Part shown: positions 23,418-33,286 of the stretch, piece by piece
Layout: the number at the start of each line of letters is the position of its first letter
Numbering within the stretch: the first letter of the stretch is position 1
Source: Prasinococcaceae sp. CCMP 1430
Lineage: Eukaryota; Plantae; Prasinodermophyta
Assembly: GCA_013416795.1 (NCBI GenBank)
Contig: RQSC01000004.1
Span: forward strand, 270,787 to 334,786
Length of the DNA: 64,000 nucleotides
Reading direction: 5' to 3'
Program-made: the position numbers and the translations under genes
The notes under the pieces: model-generated
What the model was told of the DNA's origin: nothing
The model's input: only the letters and a program-made list of their open reading frames with translations
Databases searched by the model: none

Positions 23418-26400
23418 ATGGGGCGGGGCGGACCGCCTCCGGCGCTGCCGCTGGGCGCCCAACGCGGCGGGGGCGCAGCTGGCGAGCAGCGCCCGCAGAG
23501 CCAGCAGCAGCAGCGGGCGCACACGGGCGGGCGGGTGGGCGACACGGCGCCGCGCCTGAGCGAGTACATGCGTCAGATGTCGGGCGCGGGGGCGGGGAAG
23601 CAGGCGCAGCCGTACGATGCACTCAGGCGGTCCCTGCTCGAGATGTCCGCCTCTGAGCCGAAGCAGGCCGCGAAAACGCTGCTGCAGATCATGCCACGGA
23701 TGTGCGTGTACGAGGCGCCGGACGGGGGCTGCCTCCTGGCGCTGGTGAGCATCCTCACTTTGCACACCGACCGCACGATCCTGCGGCTCGCCGCGCTGCT
23801 GCTGTCGCGCTCGCTGCATCGCGCATCGACAGGGCGGAACCCCAACGAGCGCACCGCCGCTGCGCAGGCGGCTCGGAGGCTCGCGCAGTTCGCCATCGCG
23901 CCCCAGAAGCCCACGTCGCTTGAGCACGTGAAGCGCGTGTATTCGACGCGCGCGCTCGCAGGGGTACCCGCGCGCGTGCTGGAGGAGGCCACAGGCGAGC
24001 GAGCGCACGCGCTTCCGCTGCGCATCCTGGAGGCTGCGCAGCACCAGAAGCAGGAAGCCAGCAAGCACAAGCGCGACAAACTGCGGCAGCACCTGCTTGG
24101 GATCGCCACGCTGGAGCGCGCGGCGCTGCAGCTGGCTGTGACTGCAACCGGCTTGTCCGCTGGGGTTGTCAATGCTGGAGCGGGGGCGCAGCGGGCACAG
24201 GACGTTGATGCGGCACTCAGCATGGCAGCTTTGGGGCTGCACTCGGCGGATGCTGCCGCCGCGCGCCACGCGGCGTTGCTGTTGCTCAACGCGGCGGAGG
24301 CCGATCCCGCGGCGGCGGAGGCGGCAGCCGCGCAGGGATCGCCGCTGCTGGCCGCGTTGCGCGGTGTGGCCTCTGCGCAACCGGGCCAGGCGCCGGAGGG
24401 GCGCCGGCCATCAAACCCGGAGTCCGTGCCCTTCGCTTCCGTTCTTGGCGACACGCTTGCTCGTGGGTTCCTGGCGCGCGCCGCGGCATGCGTTCTACTC
24501 GCCGCTTCGGTGGGATCCCCAGCTGGCGGAGCTTGCAGCGCGCTGCTGGGGCGATTTGCGAGCGATCCGAGTCCATCGGTGTGCCTCGAGGCAATTTGCG
24601 GGCTGGTGGGCGCCAGGGGTCTCAAAGCGCTCTCCGCCCCGGACAAACCCAACACCGCAGCTACGGAGGCGCCTAAGCGAGCGAAGGCATGGCTTGTGCT
24701 GGCTGCGGATGGTGCCCTGGCACAGCGTGTCATTGCGCGCGTGGAGAGGTGCCTCGCCCTCCAAAGCAGGCCAACGCTGCACGCCGCGTGTCGAGCGGCC
24801 TCAGCATTGCTCGAAGCGCGCGTGCACGCGGGCAAAGCAGCGGCGAAGTGTGCAGGCCACGCGCAGGCGGACGCGGCTGTGGCGAGTCTCGTGCAGACAA
24901 CGCGTGCCCTGGTGGCTTGTGAGAGCTACGACGTGCGTGCTGCTGCCATGGAAGCCCTCGTTTGGGCCGTCGATGACAAGGAAGGCTCAGCTCTGCGCCC
25001 CGCGGACTTTGTGGACCTTTTCCACCGGGAGGTCAACGCAGGCGGCTGGCACGAGGGCCAGGTCGATTTTGTCTTCTACTCTGTGGCGACGCGCGTGCGT
25101 GCGTCTCCTTCGGTCGGTCCCGGGCTTGTCCGCGTCGTGGCGCGCTGCGCCCGCGCTGTGTCGCAGAACGTCACATCTGAGGCTGCCGAGGAGATATGGC
25201 AGGCTGGCCTGAGCACGCGCAGCAAACAGGCGATTTGCAAGGCGGCTGTGGTCGTGTCGCTGGACGAGGTGCTCGCTCAGCCACCACCGCCGCCGTCTAT
25301 CATCCCCTCCAAGGCCAAGCAAGCCGCTGAGAACGGGAGGGCGTGGATCCGGCTTCAGCGCTGCGCCGCCTCGTTCCTCGGCGAGAATGCGAATTATGCC
25401 GCTGGTGAGTACGCGTGGCAGGACAGACCGGTTCCGATCGTGACCGGCGGCCCCGACACTGAGGATGCCTCGTTGTCGCCCGTAGCCTCGTGCGAGGCCG
25501 CCAACCCCATCCTCAGCGCGGCCATCGAGCGGCTGGAGTGTCTGCTTGCAGAGGGCGTGTGGGAGGTGCGAGCTTCGGCCGCGCGCGCTCTCGCCAAGAT
25601 TGCTGTCCGGAGCGGCGAGCCGTTCAGGCTCGCGATATACCGCGCGCTGCGTGCTGTCTCTGTGCCAAGCATCGTCGCGAGGAGTGCTGGTGGGCGTGGG
25701 CTCTCAGCTGTTGCAGGGCCCGCTGTGCGTCTTCTCGACGACATGTATGCCGCGCAAGAGGAATTGCTCGCGCGCGTCGCGCGCGCGAGAGAGAGCTCTG
25801 GTGGCGACGGCCTCGAGGGAGATGGGATGAAGTTCGGCAGGGAGGACAGGCGGTGGATACGCGACAAGCACGAGCAGCTCATGGCGCGGATCCCGAGCGT
25901 GGCCTTCGTGCCTGCCAATGTCTATCTACCTCTGGGCAGGAAGAGCGTGCGGGCTCTCGGCCGTAGGATGGAGATGGCAGGGGCGAAGAGAGCTAGCGAG
26001 GGGGCCGGGGCGTCGCTGGGCCTTCAAATAACCCCCGCGGACACTCGAATTGGCGGCCTGGGCGCAGCGAGCCCACTGGGCGTTGGTGTCCACGACCAGC
26101 TTGGTATGGACAGGCCCGCCCCGCAGGACATCGTCGTCTGCGTGCAACCGTTCCAGGGAGAAGAGGAGGGCGAGCTCACCGTCGCTGTGGGCGAGCGCTT
26201 CGTCCGCGTGCCCAACGATGCCGAGGGCTGGGTCCTGCTGGAGGGCCGCAGCGGGTCGCTCGGCCTGGTGCCGGAGTGGGCCGTCGAGCCCGCAAACGTT
26301 GACAGCCCTCCGCCCATGCGCGCGCGAGGCGCGGCAGTTGCGGCGACGGCACCAGCGCCCCGCATCTCGGATGCCTCTGAGGTCGCTAGCCCTCGGGAAA

Positions 26401-26903
26401 CTGGGGCGGCGGTCAACGCCGCCTTGACGAAGGCGGCGCCCGCGCCTGTGCAGTCGCCGCACATGTCCGACATGCGTCCTTCGAACCTCTTCGGCGAGCA
26501 GAGCCCTGAGCGCGGACTGCACGGAGGTGGTGGTGCCTCACACACGCAGGCTCACGCGGAAGTGGAGGCATCGTCGTCGTTTCCGGCCACGGACAATTTC
26601 GCTGCAGCGCCACCTGGCAGTGAGGCGTTTTCGGCGGTCATGGGTGGAGACGCGCAGGCCGGCGCAGGGAACGCAGACGATGACGACGTGTCCGTAGACG
26701 GCGAGCCTGTGATGGGACGGGCTCTGTATGACTTCGAGGCGGCCGCGGAGGGCGAGCTCAGTGTGTCTGCGCACGAGGATCTGCACATACTGTACGAGGT
26801 CGAGGGCTGGTACTTCGCCGTGAAGAGGAACGACTTCCCGCACGCGACTGACAGGGGCGGCCTTGTGCCAGAGACGTACATCGAAGTCGAGGATGAGGAC
26901 TGA
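23418..26903 (+). CDS. TASH3: TPLATE/TSET complex subunit TASH3 (TSAUCER) with two C-terminal SH3 domains
   Basis: SFLGENANYAAGEYAWQ...NPILSAAIERLE...GVWEVRASAARALAKIAVRSGEPFRLAIY closely resembles plant TASH3 as recalled. Two SH3 signatures: QPFQGEEEGELTV...GW...GLVPEWAV and ALYDFEAAAEGELSV...GWY...GLVPETYI. Confidence 0.87.
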   Translation: MGRGGPPPALPLGAQRGGGAAGEQRPQSQQQQRAHTGGRVGDTAPRLSEYMRQMSGAGAGKQAQPYDALRRSLLEMSASEPKQAAKTLLQIMPRMCVYEAPDGGCLLALVSILTLHTDRTILRLAALLLSRSLHRASTGRNPNERTAAAQAARRLAQFAIAPQKPTSLEHVKRVYSTRALAGVPARVLEEATGERAHALPLRILEAAQHQKQEASKHKRDKLRQHLLGIATLERAALQLAVTATGLSAGVVNAGAGAQRAQDVDAALSMAALGLHSADAAAARHAALLLLNAAEADPAAAEAAAAQGSPLLAALRGVASAQPGQAPEGRRPSNPESVPFASVLGDTLARGFLARAAACVLLAASVGSPAGGACSALLGRFASDPSPSVCLEAICGLVGARGLKALSAPDKPNTAATEAPKRAKAWLVLAADGALAQRVIARVERCLALQSRPTLHAACRAASALLEARVHAGKAAAKCAGHAQADAAVASLVQTTRALVACESYDVRAAAMEALVWAVDDKEGSALRPADFVDLFHREVNAGGWHEGQVDFVFYSVATRVRASPSVGPGLVRVVARCARAVSQNVTSEAAEEIWQAGLSTRSKQAICKAAVVVSLDEVLAQPPPPPSIIPSKAKQAAENGRAWIRLQRCAASFLGENANYAAGEYAWQDRPVPIVTGGPDTEDASLSPVASCEAANPILSAAIERLECLLAEGVWEVRASAARALAKIAVRSGEPFRLAIYRALRAVSVPSIVARSAGGRGLSAVAGPAVRLLDDMYAAQEELLARVARARESSGGDGLEGDGMKFGREDRRWIRDKHEQLMARIPSVAFVPANVYLPLGRKSVRALGRRMEMAGAKRASEGAGASLGLQITPADTRIGGLGAASPLGVGVHDQLGMDRPAPQDIVVCVQPFQGEEEGELTVAVGERFVRVPNDAEGWVLLEGRSGSLGLVPEWAVEPANVDSPPPMRARGAAVAATAPAPRISDASEVASPRETGAAVNAALTKAAPAPVQSPHMSDMRPSNLFGEQSPERGLHGGGGASHTQAHAEVEASSSFPATDNFAAAPPGSEAFSAVMGGDAQAGAGNADDDDVSVDGEPVMGRALYDFEAAAEGELSVSAHEDLHILYEVEGWYFAVKRNDFPHATDRGGLVPETYIEVEDED

Positions 26904-27128
26904 CAGATCGTGGAGGTGAGGGTATTACCCCTGCGGAGGCGCAGGCGCGCCGAGGGCGCGCCTCCGTGTGCCGCTGGTGGCAGCAGCAGCAGGCGAGCTC
27001 CGCAGATAATAATTTTCTGATAGCGATACTTTGTACAAAGAGTCTCATACTATACATGGGCTGCAAGGTCTCGAACGGTCGCTGCAGCTCGCGAGGGTCG
27101 ACAACGGCACGGCGGCGGCGGGTATGCC

Positions 27129-27698
27129 TCACGCGCCTGTGCGCTGGACTAGCCTCTGCGACTCCTCCCCGCGCAGCTCGTCGCCAAGGCTCGTGGCGGA
27201 GCGCACGCTCGTCGAGCGGGCGCTCGCTGCATCCCTCGTGTTGACGGTCGGTAGGGAGATGTCGCGCATCTCCCGCCGCGCGCAAAGCCACTCCCCCAAG
27301 ACTACCATCAGCCCGAAGGCCAGCCCCTCCGTGATCCACCATGCCGCCGAGGTGGGGAACCCGCCGAAGCCCACCGTCGCCATCAGGTGCAGGATGTAGA
27401 CAGTCGCGGTGAAGTCGAGGCACTTCTTCGCGCGCTCGACGACGGCCGTGAGGAGGAACGCGCCCACGAGCGCCGTGGCCGAGTGCGCGAGTATGGTCAT
27501 CCAGCCGATGAAGTGCTGCGTCGAGAGCGTGCGGTAGTCGAAGAAGTGGTGCAGCGTGACGCTGCCGTACGGCGCCACGAGCACCAGCAGCAGAGCGCCC
27601 AGCGTGAGGTAGTGCAGCGCCTGCATCGCGCCCATCTGCGCGACGATGAGCACCGGGTCCCACGCGTTTGCGCCGTAGAACTGCCCGCTGCCCGCCAT
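27129..27698 (-). CDS. SYS1: SYS1 integral Golgi membrane protein
   Basis: FYGANAWDPVLIVAQM, VVERAKKCLDFTATVYILHL, FPTSAAWW and VLGEWLCARREMRDI are SYS1 family motifs. Confidence 0.93.
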   Translation of the reverse strand: MAGSGQFYGANAWDPVLIVAQMGAMQALHYLTLGALLLVLVAPYGSVTLHHFFDYRTLSTQHFIGWMTILAHSATALVGAFLLTAVVERAKKCLDFTATVYILHLMATVGFGGFPTSAAWWITEGLAFGLMVVLGEWLCARREMRDISLPTVNTRDAASARSTSVRSATSLGDELRGEESQRLVQRTGA

Positions 27699-28192
27699 CG
27701 CCGCGCGCTCCCTCCCACCCTCTCGCCGCCTCCGCGCGCGCGCACGCGGCGCTGCCGCCGCCGCGCGCGCGCGCGCGCCTCTCTGTGGCCCGCCCGCGCC
27801 CTGCCGCAGCCGCACCCCGCCAGCGCTGTCCGGCAGATGCGCGCGCGAGCGGGGGAAGCGCAGCCGGGCAGGCGCGCGGCGCAGCAGGTTCGAACGCGGC
27901 CAGATCTGATTTTGTGTGTGATTTGGGAGCGCAAAAAAAAGTTCGGAGTGGCAGTGTGTGCGTACCAATGTTTTTGCCCCTCTGCGCCGTGGCGTCCGCC
28001 TCTGCCTTTCGCATCTTGTTTTTTTATGCGGGGTGTGTGCGTGTGCGGGGGGTTGTGGGTGTTGTGACTGTTGCGGAGTGCGCATGGCAGCGCGGGCAGG
28101 GTGGGCACCACAGCGCGCACGAGGGAAGAGGGCCAGGGGGGGAGGGGCGCCGGTGCCGCGCGGCGCTGGTGCCGCGCGCACCACGCGGCGCG

Positions 28193-31100
28193 ATGAGGGA
28201 GCGCGCCGCGCCCGGTGGCGGCGGCGGCGGCGGCGGCGGGCCAAAGCCGCTCAAGCTGCTGCGCTTCCGCGCGTCGGAGCGCAAGAGCGTGGACGCGTGC
28301 CTGCACCCGGTGCTGCCGTGGGTGGCGCTGTGCGACCAGGGCAATGGCGCGGTGCTGTGGGACTACGAGCAGAAGGAGACGCTCTACGAACTCAGCCCCG
28401 AAGGCGTCAGCAACGAGTGGTTCGTTGCGGCGGCCGTGCAGGCGAGCGCTGAGGCGCAGCCGTCATACACGGGGCAGCGCGACCACGCGGCCATGCGCCC
28501 GCGGACGGGGGGCAAGCTGGGCGCGGTGCGCTGCGTGAGGCTCTACGACGACGACGTGGCTGCGTGGCGGGAGTGGGAGACGGCGCGCGCCGCGCGCTCG
28601 GCGCCGCGAGATGCGTCCGCGCTCGGCGGATCTGCGCGCAGCGGGGCGGTGCGCGGGACGCAGTGGCTCGCGGTCGTGTGGGAGCAGGGGGCGACGTTCG
28701 TCGAGCTGAGCTCCGGCAAGGCGCGGCAGGTGTTTCGCTCTGAGCTCGAGGGCAAGCCTCAGATGTCGCGCCTCGAGATCATGGGTGTGCACTCCCACAC
28801 CATTGCGGCGATCGGCTGCAACGACGGCAGCATCCGCGTGCTCGCGCTCGGCAGCTTCAAGCCGGTGGCACGGCTCGCCGGGGGGCACCGCGGGGCAGTG
28901 CTGAGCATGCTGGTGCTTCCTAACTCGAGGCTGCTCACGGGTGGCGCAGACGGTTCGATCGCGCTCTGGGACCTCTCCATGGCCCGGCCGAGTGGCGACA
29001 CGGACCCCAAGATGGTGGTCCCTGCGCACAAGGACGGCGTGTCCTCGCTCGCGATCTACCCAGGGCCGATGATGCCGCGCGTCGTCACTGCCGGCGGTGA
29101 CAAGACGGTCGCGCTGTGGGACCTGGCGACCCTCCGCGAGCTGGCGAGGCAGCAGCCCAACGACAAGCTCCAGTGCATTCGCGCGGAGCCGTGGTTCCAC
29201 CCGCGCTTCCCTCGCGTCGACTGCGTGTTCGCGACGCGAAACGCGCAGATTGGCGTCGTTGCGCTGGAGAGCAAGGGGCAACCGCCCAGCATGCTGCTGG
29301 ACCTGGACCAGGTCATCCGGCCGCCTGGCGACAAGCCGCACGTCAAAGTGTACACGCTCGCGGTGCACCCGCTCCGGCCGTCCGTCGTGAGCATCGGCAC
29401 CAACGCTGGCCTCGTCATCATCGAAGTCGATCCCTCCTTCGCCCCCGCAGCTGCAGCTCTGCCCGTCGCGCCTGGCGGCGACGTGTCGCACCGCGCCGTG
29501 TACGCGCGCGGACGCAACCTGCTGTCGCTTGGATTCAGCGTCGCGGCAGGCGGCGGTGACGACGGTTTGCCAGGCGTCGAGCAGACGGAAGAGCGTGTTG
29601 CAGTGCTCCGCAGCGACGCCGCCTGCAGCCTGCACGCCCACCCGTCGGAAGAGCTGCTCGCGGTGTTCTGGCCAGGCGCGCAGTCCTACGCGGTGTACCG
29701 CACGAGCGACTGGCGCATCCTCGACGAGGGCCGTGCCTCCAGCCTGGGCTGGGATGCGGTGCATCCGCGCCTGGTCCTGCTCTCGGCACCCCCGCCGCAG
29801 CAGCAGCCTCCGCAGATGCGCGGCCGCGGCAAGAAGGCGAAGGAGGAGTACGCGATGGCGATGAAGGCGTACATCGCCGTGCAGGAGGCGTCGAGTACGG
29901 AGGCGAGGGTCCAGATCAAGGGCCTTGAGGGCGACAAGATGGAAATGTACAACGACGCGCTAGAGGTCGAGTCCGTCGAGAAGCGGCTGGGCGTCTTCGG
30001 CGGCGGCTTCTTCGGCGTGCGCGGCACGGAGCCCCCACAGCGGGCGGACGAGGACTCGTTGGAGGGCTACCGCTCGTCCAAGGCGGCCTCGGCGCGGCAG
30101 AGGGAGCGCGTGCAGCTCTTCCGGTGGGACACGCATACGGCCATCGGCCCCGCCATGCCTTGTCCGTCCAAGATCGTGTGGGACGTCGAGTGCGAGTTCG
30201 TGGCGTTTGTCTATCCGCACAGCGTGAGCTTGTTCCAGGCGCAACCCTCTTTCCACCTGCTGGGGTCCGTGAGCATCGAGGGGGTAGCGGACGCGCAGTG
30301 GTTCCGCTCGCAGCTCTTCATGCTGACACCGACGACCATTGAGTGTTGCTTCATCAGCGGCGGCGGGGCCGGGGGGGCCGGCGACGGGGGGGGCATGCGT
30401 GCGAGGGCAAAGAGGCCGTCCATGGAGTTTGTGACGCTGGCGACGCTGAGCCCGTGGGCCGGCGCCTCGATGGCGTGCCAACAGACAAACGCGACGCCTT
30501 CGCCGTCGGAGGTCGCCGCAGCCGCGCGACTGCCGCCTCCCGCGCGCCGCCCGGCCGGCGCGCTGGCGCTGCTGACAATCCGCGACGGCGCAGTGTGGCT
30601 GTGCGATGCCCTCGGCGTGGTGCACAGCGTGCCGTTGAAACACCCCGGCGTCCTCTGCCGCTGCCTGGCTGCGTACGGTGACGCCGGCGCCGCCGTGGCG
30701 TGCTCGGCGTCGCTGGACGCCGCGCACGCCGACGATTTGGCCACACACCTCGCCGTCGCGGGGGAGCCGCGTGCGGCTCTGGCGCTGAGAGGCGTGAGCC
30801 CTCGCGCGCGCGCCATCGTTGCCTCCGGTCGCGGCGCCGGGATGAGGCCGCTGCCACCAGCTGAGGCGCTGGCCATCGTCGAGCAAGCCGCCGTGGACAT
30901 TGATCCGCTGAGCGGCCGCGGGACGGGCTTCGTGACCGACCCCCTCGAGGCCCTCACGCTCGGCACGGCTGCCAAGGTCGGGCGGGCGGCTGCCGCGGGC
31001 ATCGCCGCCGTCGCGCATGACTACTTGCACGTCGCCGCGCACGCCCAGAGGCAGGGGCTGCGAGACGTGGCCGCCAAGGCCCTCAGTGCGCTCGCAGCGG

Positions 31101-31456
31101 CCGCGCCGATGCTCGAGGAGGACGCCCTGCACGCCACGCTCGCCAGGCTTGCGCAGGGTGGGCAGTGGGCCAAGCTGGAGGCGACGGCGGAGGCGCTGCT
31201 GCGCGCTGCGGACCTCGGCAGCGCCGCCGCGGACGCGCGCTCCACGTCGCTCGCGAGCAACGCGACCATGGCAGCGCTGCTGCTTGGGCGCAACGCCGGC
31301 GGCGACGCGCTCCTCTTCACGGCGCTCAAGAGGAGCGGCGCGCACGCCGAGGCAGTGGTTGCCGCGCGAGCGAGGGGGCTTGAGGACGACGGCGGCGCGC
31401 TCGAGGCCGCCAACGCGGCGCTGGAGAAGCACGGCGTGAGAATCGCCGACGCGTGA
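28193..31456 (+). CDS. TWD40-2: TPLATE/TSET complex WD40 subunit TWD40-2 (TTRAY2)
   Basis: LRFRASERKSVDACLHPVLPWVALCD...WDYEQKETLYEL...VRCVRLYDDDVAAW and KVYTLAVHPLRPSVVSIGTNAGLVIIEVDP match plant TWD40-2 as recalled. Multiple WD repeats are followed by a helical C-terminus. Confidence 0.85.
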   Translation: MRERAAPGGGGGGGGGPKPLKLLRFRASERKSVDACLHPVLPWVALCDQGNGAVLWDYEQKETLYELSPEGVSNEWFVAAAVQASAEAQPSYTGQRDHAAMRPRTGGKLGAVRCVRLYDDDVAAWREWETARAARSAPRDASALGGSARSGAVRGTQWLAVVWEQGATFVELSSGKARQVFRSELEGKPQMSRLEIMGVHSHTIAAIGCNDGSIRVLALGSFKPVARLAGGHRGAVLSMLVLPNSRLLTGGADGSIALWDLSMARPSGDTDPKMVVPAHKDGVSSLAIYPGPMMPRVVTAGGDKTVALWDLATLRELARQQPNDKLQCIRAEPWFHPRFPRVDCVFATRNAQIGVVALESKGQPPSMLLDLDQVIRPPGDKPHVKVYTLAVHPLRPSVVSIGTNAGLVIIEVDPSFAPAAAALPVAPGGDVSHRAVYARGRNLLSLGFSVAAGGGDDGLPGVEQTEERVAVLRSDAACSLHAHPSEELLAVFWPGAQSYAVYRTSDWRILDEGRASSLGWDAVHPRLVLLSAPPPQQQPPQMRGRGKKAKEEYAMAMKAYIAVQEASSTEARVQIKGLEGDKMEMYNDALEVESVEKRLGVFGGGFFGVRGTEPPQRADEDSLEGYRSSKAASARQRERVQLFRWDTHTAIGPAMPCPSKIVWDVECEFVAFVYPHSVSLFQAQPSFHLLGSVSIEGVADAQWFRSQLFMLTPTTIECCFISGGGAGGAGDGGGMRARAKRPSMEFVTLATLSPWAGASMACQQTNATPSPSEVAAAARLPPPARRPAGALALLTIRDGAVWLCDALGVVHSVPLKHPGVLCRCLAAYGDAGAAVACSASLDAAHADDLATHLAVAGEPRAALALRGVSPRARAIVASGRGAGMRPLPPAEALAIVEQAAVDIDPLSGRGTGFVTDPLEALTLGTAAKVGRAAAAGIAAVAHDYLHVAAHAQRQGLRDVAAKALSALAAAAPMLEEDALHATLARLAQGGQWAKLEATAEALLRAADLGSAAADARSTSLASNATMAALLLGRNAGGDALLFTALKRSGAHAEAVVAARARGLEDDGGALEAANAALEKHGVRIADA

Positions 31457-31544
31457 CGCGTGTCCGCTGGGGGGGTGGCGGTCAGATATAGTCATAAGTA
31501 CAATGTATCATACCATCGACCACCTTCGCCTCTCCTACTGATAC

Positions 31545-32432
31545 TTACTCCTCGCCGTACGCGGGACAGACGCATTGCTTCAAGTACTTTCCCTCGCTCG
31601 CGGCATCGAGGCTGAAGCGGGCCAGGTCGGCGAAAGGCAACGAAGTGCCAGGTTTGCCGGCGCACATTGGCTTGTCAGTCGGGGCCTTGTCGCTGTGGTA
31701 GAGGCGCCCCGGGCGCGTGACAATCCACTGCAGGTCGCTGCACTCGCTCGAGAGGTACTCGATGACGCTGGTGTTATCCTTCACCATGGGTCCTATGCCG
31801 AACACCGGCACCAAGACGGTCGCCTGCGTGTGGGTTGGCGCCGCGCGGGTGCGCCGGCGCGAGAAGGGGGTCCGCCGCGCTGACAGTCAGCGGTGGAGAC
31901 CAAGGGGGAGTAATCGCGCTTTGGCACATTCGCCGGGCGACGCCCGGGTCGTCGCCCCCAGCGACGCTCGCCTGTCCAAAGCGGGCGGCCAGCTGCTACT
32001 CACCATGCAGCTGGTCATGCCACTGAGCTGCTCTCCCGGAGGGGGTGAGAACGCCCCCGCCTGGAAAAGCACTCGCTCGACGCCCTTGGCTCGCATCGCC
32101 GCCGTCAGCTTTTTCACGAACGCAAGCATCATGTCCTTGGGCTGGTAGGCCTTCGCGTTCATGGGACCGCCGGTGTGGCACAGAACGGCGTCCACCACCA
32201 CGCCCTCCTCCTCGCCCTCACCGCCGCCCAGTACCAGCCCCGCTGCGACATCCTCCGCGTTGGCGAGGTCCCCCTTGAGAATGGTGAGGTTCTCATGCGT
32301 GCCGAGCAGGTTCTTGCCCTTCACGGGGTCGCGCACGCACGCCGCGTTCACGCGCAGGCCGCGCTGGATCGCCCACTTCACCACCTCCTTCCCGGTCCTG
32401 CCGGTTGCGCCGTAGACGGCGACGGAGCGCAA
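31545..32432 (-). CDS. NAD(P)-binding Rossmann-fold oxidoreductase (flavin reductase / BLVRB-like); 2 exons (32432-32004, 31823-31545); apparent TTG start
   Basis: VAVYGATGRTG, LKGDL, VDAVL, LQWIVTRPGRL, DLARFSLD. Phase-0 intron 31824-32003 (GTGAGT...CGCAG). Confidence 0.82.
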
Positions 32433-33220
32433 GGGGTCGGAAGACCCCGCCGCCCGCTGCGCCGCGCACCAAGCGTGGGCTGTCGGCGAAAGCCGCTGCC
32501 TGGGCCTCGAAACGCCTGGAGCAGATCGGCTCGGCGGCGGAGCAGTTCGGGACGCTGCTCATCCAAGTCCTGGCGAGCCCGGCCGAGTTGGTCGGCGGGG
32601 GGCTGGTGAAGGGGACGCGGGGGGCAAGGAGGAGGCTCGGGAAGGCGCTTAATAAGAATTTCGGCGGGATGTCGCAGCACGTGGTCCTGGCAGGCACGGG
32701 CCTGGCCCTCCTTCAGATCAACAAGATGATCGTGCGAAAGCAGAACCGCGCGCTCATCCGCAGCCCGAAGGAGATCAAGGCGGCGCGTGAGGCGCGTGCG
32801 GAGGCGGCGGCCATCGAGAAGTTGCTCGCCGGAGAGCTCGGGAAGGGCCGCATCGAGCGCGTCAAAGGCGCCACGGCGTACAAGGGCTCGTCAGCCGCGC
32901 AAAGCCGTGCCGAGGCGGCTGCTCGCGGCCGCGCGGGCAGTGGCAGGGCGCGAGCGCGGGCTGCGAAGCTCCCACAGCTGTCGGTGGCCGAGAAGGCCGA
33001 CGGCCAGACCGTGTCGACGCACAAGGCGAAGGGAGTCCGCGTCGAGGAGGAGGAACTCGCGCAGGCGCCCAAGTCAGAAACGGCAAAGGGGGCGGGAAAG
33101 GCCGAGGCGGCGGACAAGAGCAAAGGCAAGGGCAAGGCTGAGGCGGCAGACGGGCCCAAGGCCAAGGCCAAGGCCAAGGACGACGCCAAGCCTCCCCCGC
33201 GCATGCCAGTGTTCGGATAA
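32405..33220 (+). CDS. Hypothetical protein with one hydrophobic segment and a Lys/Ala-rich tail; start unresolved
   Basis: Coding-like G/C-ending codons from about 32460. First ATG is at 32669 (MSQHVVLAGTGLALLQI). No family recognised. Confidence 0.5.
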   Translation: MRRRRRRSARGRKTPPPAAPRTKRGLSAKAAAWASKRLEQIGSAAEQFGTLLIQVLASPAELVGGGLVKGTRGARRRLGKALNKNFGGMSQHVVLAGTGLALLQINKMIVRKQNRALIRSPKEIKAAREARAEAAAIEKLLAGELGKGRIERVKGATAYKGSSAAQSRAEAAARGRAGSGRARARAAKLPQLSVAEKADGQTVSTHKAKGVRVEEEELAQAPKSETAKGAGKAEAADKSKGKGKAEAADGPKAKAKAKDDAKPPPRMPVFG

Positions 33221-33286
33221 AACCGCGCGGTCGTCGTTCTGACGTGCGTGCCTTAACGTAATGCATGCGGGTTGGTTGGATTCGAA

